From a virus (taxonomy: Duplodnaviria; Caudoviricetes), in the IMG/VR virus record IMGVR_UViG_3300032562_000025, positions 1 to 58,503 of that record: a DNA stretch of 58,503 nt; one strand, written 5' to 3'. Below are positions 56,654 to 58,503 of the stretch, one piece after another. Within the stretch, counting starts at the first letter, position 1. Every line of letters begins with the position of its first letter. Below the pieces are notes generated by a model. The model did not search any database, had not been told where the DNA came from, and was given only the letters and a program-made list of their open reading frames with translations. The translations under genes and the position numbers were made by a program.

Positions 56654-57556
56654 ATGAAATTAAGAATATTTATTATTACATTTATTTTAGTTTTTATATC
56701 TTCATTTTCATTTGCAGGAGCACCTCCTCCTTTTATAATGGGTTATGGAAATGGTGGTACTGTTTCACTTGCTGCTATTACTGGTGTTGATATTACTCTT
56801 AATCCTCTCCGTAATGACTGTACAAATGGTACAGTACCTTATTTCACTGGTGGAGTATGGACGTGTGCGGCAACCCTTAATATGCAATTCGGTGATGCCG
56901 CAGCTCAAGGAATAGGCTCAACCGCAGGACATCTTGGCTTGTTATGGTTTAAGCTGGCGACCTCAACAACTGGCAAGACATATAGTTTTGTATTCCCTCA
57001 CACTGACGATAGGACGGTCACGTGGCAGGATACCGATGGAACGGTGGCATTTACGAGCCAGACCTTCTATATCGGTACAACTCAGGTAGCAATTAACAGG
57101 GCCTCAAACGCTTTGACGCTGGCAGGGTTGACATTTACCTCCCCCGTTATTGGTGATGCGACAGGAACATCCCTCGCAACTACTGGAATCATAGACGGCA
57201 AGGTTAATGTCACGGTAACAACCAACGCCACTACGATTGATTCAGCCGTTCAGAAGCAGGGATACTTCATAAACAATGGCGATTCGGCAGCAAAAGGAAT
57301 CTACACGCTACCTACAGCAGCCCTCGGATTGCAATATTGCATTGCTCTCTATTCAGAGCACGCTACAGGTGCAACGGCTGTAATGAAGTTCCAGACATCG
57401 GCAGCAGCACAATATATCGCTCTGGATGGAGTTAGGACGGCATCAGGGGGATTGATCAAATCCACAGGGGCGGCGGGTGATTCTGCCTGTGTTGTCGGGA
57501 TAAGCACGACTGAATGGGTGGCGTTTCATAGCAGTGGAACGTGGAGCAAAGATTGA
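56654..57556 (+). CDS. Signal-peptide-bearing tail-fibre-like protein
   Basis: MKLRIFIITFILVFISSFSFA-G, followed by fibre-like motifs DRTVTWQDTDGTVA, FTSPVIGDATGTSL, YTLPTAALGLQY. Confidence 0.7.
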   Translation: MKLRIFIITFILVFISSFSFAGAPPPFIMGYGNGGTVSLAAITGVDITLNPLRNDCTNGTVPYFTGGVWTCAATLNMQFGDAAAQGIGSTAGHLGLLWFKLATSTTGKTYSFVFPHTDDRTVTWQDTDGTVAFTSQTFYIGTTQVAINRASNALTLAGLTFTSPVIGDATGTSLATTGIIDGKVNVTVTTNATTIDSAVQKQGYFINNGDSAAKGIYTLPTAALGLQYCIALYSEHATGATAVMKFQTSAAAQYIALDGVRTASGGLIKSTGAAGDSACVVGISTTEWVAFHSSGTWSKD

Positions 57557-58302
57557 TGAAAAAACTAATCTTAATATTATTTGTAATCCTTCTCATCCCC
57601 TGCATGAGCATGGCTGGTATGCTTCAAGGAATAGTTGGTGGAGGAGGGGCCGTCACTTGTTCAGCCGCCTATTTTTCAGATGATTTCACAGCCGCAGACG
57701 GGGCCGATGCTAAACGGGCAGTGTGGACAGGAGAGACAGATACAGGTTCACTTCTCTCTATAGCGTCAAATGCACTCCTTTTTACCCATACCGCAACCAC
57801 CGTAGGTTATGTGTCAAAAACCCTCGCATCGACCTATACGGAAACATGGACACAGTTCACGTGGAAACCGTCTGATATAGCTATGGGTGGGAATACCACC
57901 TATATGAATATCATATATCTTAGGAATACAGGGGCGGCTAACTCTATCTACGTAAGGGTATTAAATAACGCAGGTGGCTCGATAACAAAAGTATTTCTTT
58001 ATTATTATACCGATGCTGCGGTATCAACGGAAGTGGGGAACTACACGTTCAACCCTTCTAATGGAACAACCTACACATTTAAAATTCATACTAAAATATC
58101 TACTGATGTAGACACAAGCGATGGCGTTGCCACGCTCTATATTGACGGTACAAGCAGAATAACGGCCAGCAATTTAGACTTTTTTACCTATGCAGACATC
58201 AAATATGTTGACCTCGGCAATAAGTATTCAACCTTCACGGATACGGCAGGGAAAACATTCACATTTGATAACTTTTCCATAAGAGGTGACGATTGTTTCT
58301 AA
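57556..58302 (+). CDS. Signal-peptide-bearing lectin/ConA-like protein
   Basis: MKKLILILFVILLIPCMSMA-G, FSDDFT, DGVATLYIDG, FTFDNFSI. Confidence 0.7.
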   Translation: MKKLILILFVILLIPCMSMAGMLQGIVGGGGAVTCSAAYFSDDFTAADGADAKRAVWTGETDTGSLLSIASNALLFTHTATTVGYVSKTLASTYTETWTQFTWKPSDIAMGGNTTYMNIIYLRNTGAANSIYVRVLNNAGGSITKVFLYYYTDAAVSTEVGNYTFNPSNGTTYTFKIHTKISTDVDTSDGVATLYIDGTSRITASNLDFFTYADIKYVDLGNKYSTFTDTAGKTFTFDNFSIRGDDCF

Positions 58303-58503
58303 AACGACTGATAATATGTATTGTTCTTTTATTGGGGTTTTCTTCAATATCCTTTGCAGAGGACATTTATCTTGCCTCGGCCTCAGCCGGTGACGATTCC
58401 GGTTCGTCTTGTGCTAACGCAAAAATATATACCTGGTTCGCCACGGCTGGTAATTGGGGGGCAGGTGCAGGGAAGATCAGCGCAGGCGATACTGTCCATG
58501 TTT
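58293..58503 (+). CDS. 3'-truncated signal-peptide protein, probable N-terminus of the beta-helix gene at 1..1794
   Basis: TTG start after GAGGTG. MFLKRLIICIVLLLGFSSISFA-EDIYL...AGDDSGSSCANAK...NWGAGAGKISAGDTVHV, open to the end of the window. Confidence 0.7.
   Translation, partial: MFLKRLIICIVLLLGFSSISFAEDIYLASASAGDDSGSSCANAKIYTWFATAGNWGAGAGKISAGDTVHV

Noticed and set aside
1-58503. Prophage / integrated element or alternative genetic code
   Set aside because: No integrase or host genes were recognised, and genes are intact and tightly packed under the standard code.

Overview
This window looks like a nearly complete, circularly permuted genome (about 58.5 kb) of an AT-rich dsDNA tailed phage with podovirus-type architecture. 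The ORF at the right end (58293 onward) and the open frame at the left end (1..1794) appear to be one beta-helix gene with a short piece missing. The minus-strand arm (about 3.7-20 kb) carries early and replication genes: a DUF3987-type ATPase, a UDG-fused PolA, a ParB-DNA methyltransferase fusion, a DUF669 SSB/AAA_24/PD-(D/E)XK recombination module, and small RHH and HTH regulators. The plus-strand arm (about 22.8 kb onward, wrapping round to 3.6 kb) carries a GpA-like terminase, portal, scaffold, N4-gp56-type major capsid protein, adaptor/nozzle, ejection proteins and tail fibres. I recognised no integrase, tRNA, CRISPR array, primase or endolysin. The most unusual signals are: (1) a 13-bp palindrome CGTAA-N3-TTACG with an asymmetric nTAyCT tail, seen 14 times exactly across the genome, inside genes, in terminator hairpins and in a symmetric 380-bp origin-like element, alongside a ParB-HTH-methyltransferase that could read it; (2) a late-region O-antigen-ligase/O-oligosaccharyltransferase-like membrane protein, a two-domain glycosyltransferase and four consecutive tail-region genes with Sec signal peptides; (3) a consensus sigma54 promoter with repeated upstream boxes; (4) a circularly permuted domain shared by a head-tail protein and the tail fibre. 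All family calls come from motif recognition by eye, not from database searches.
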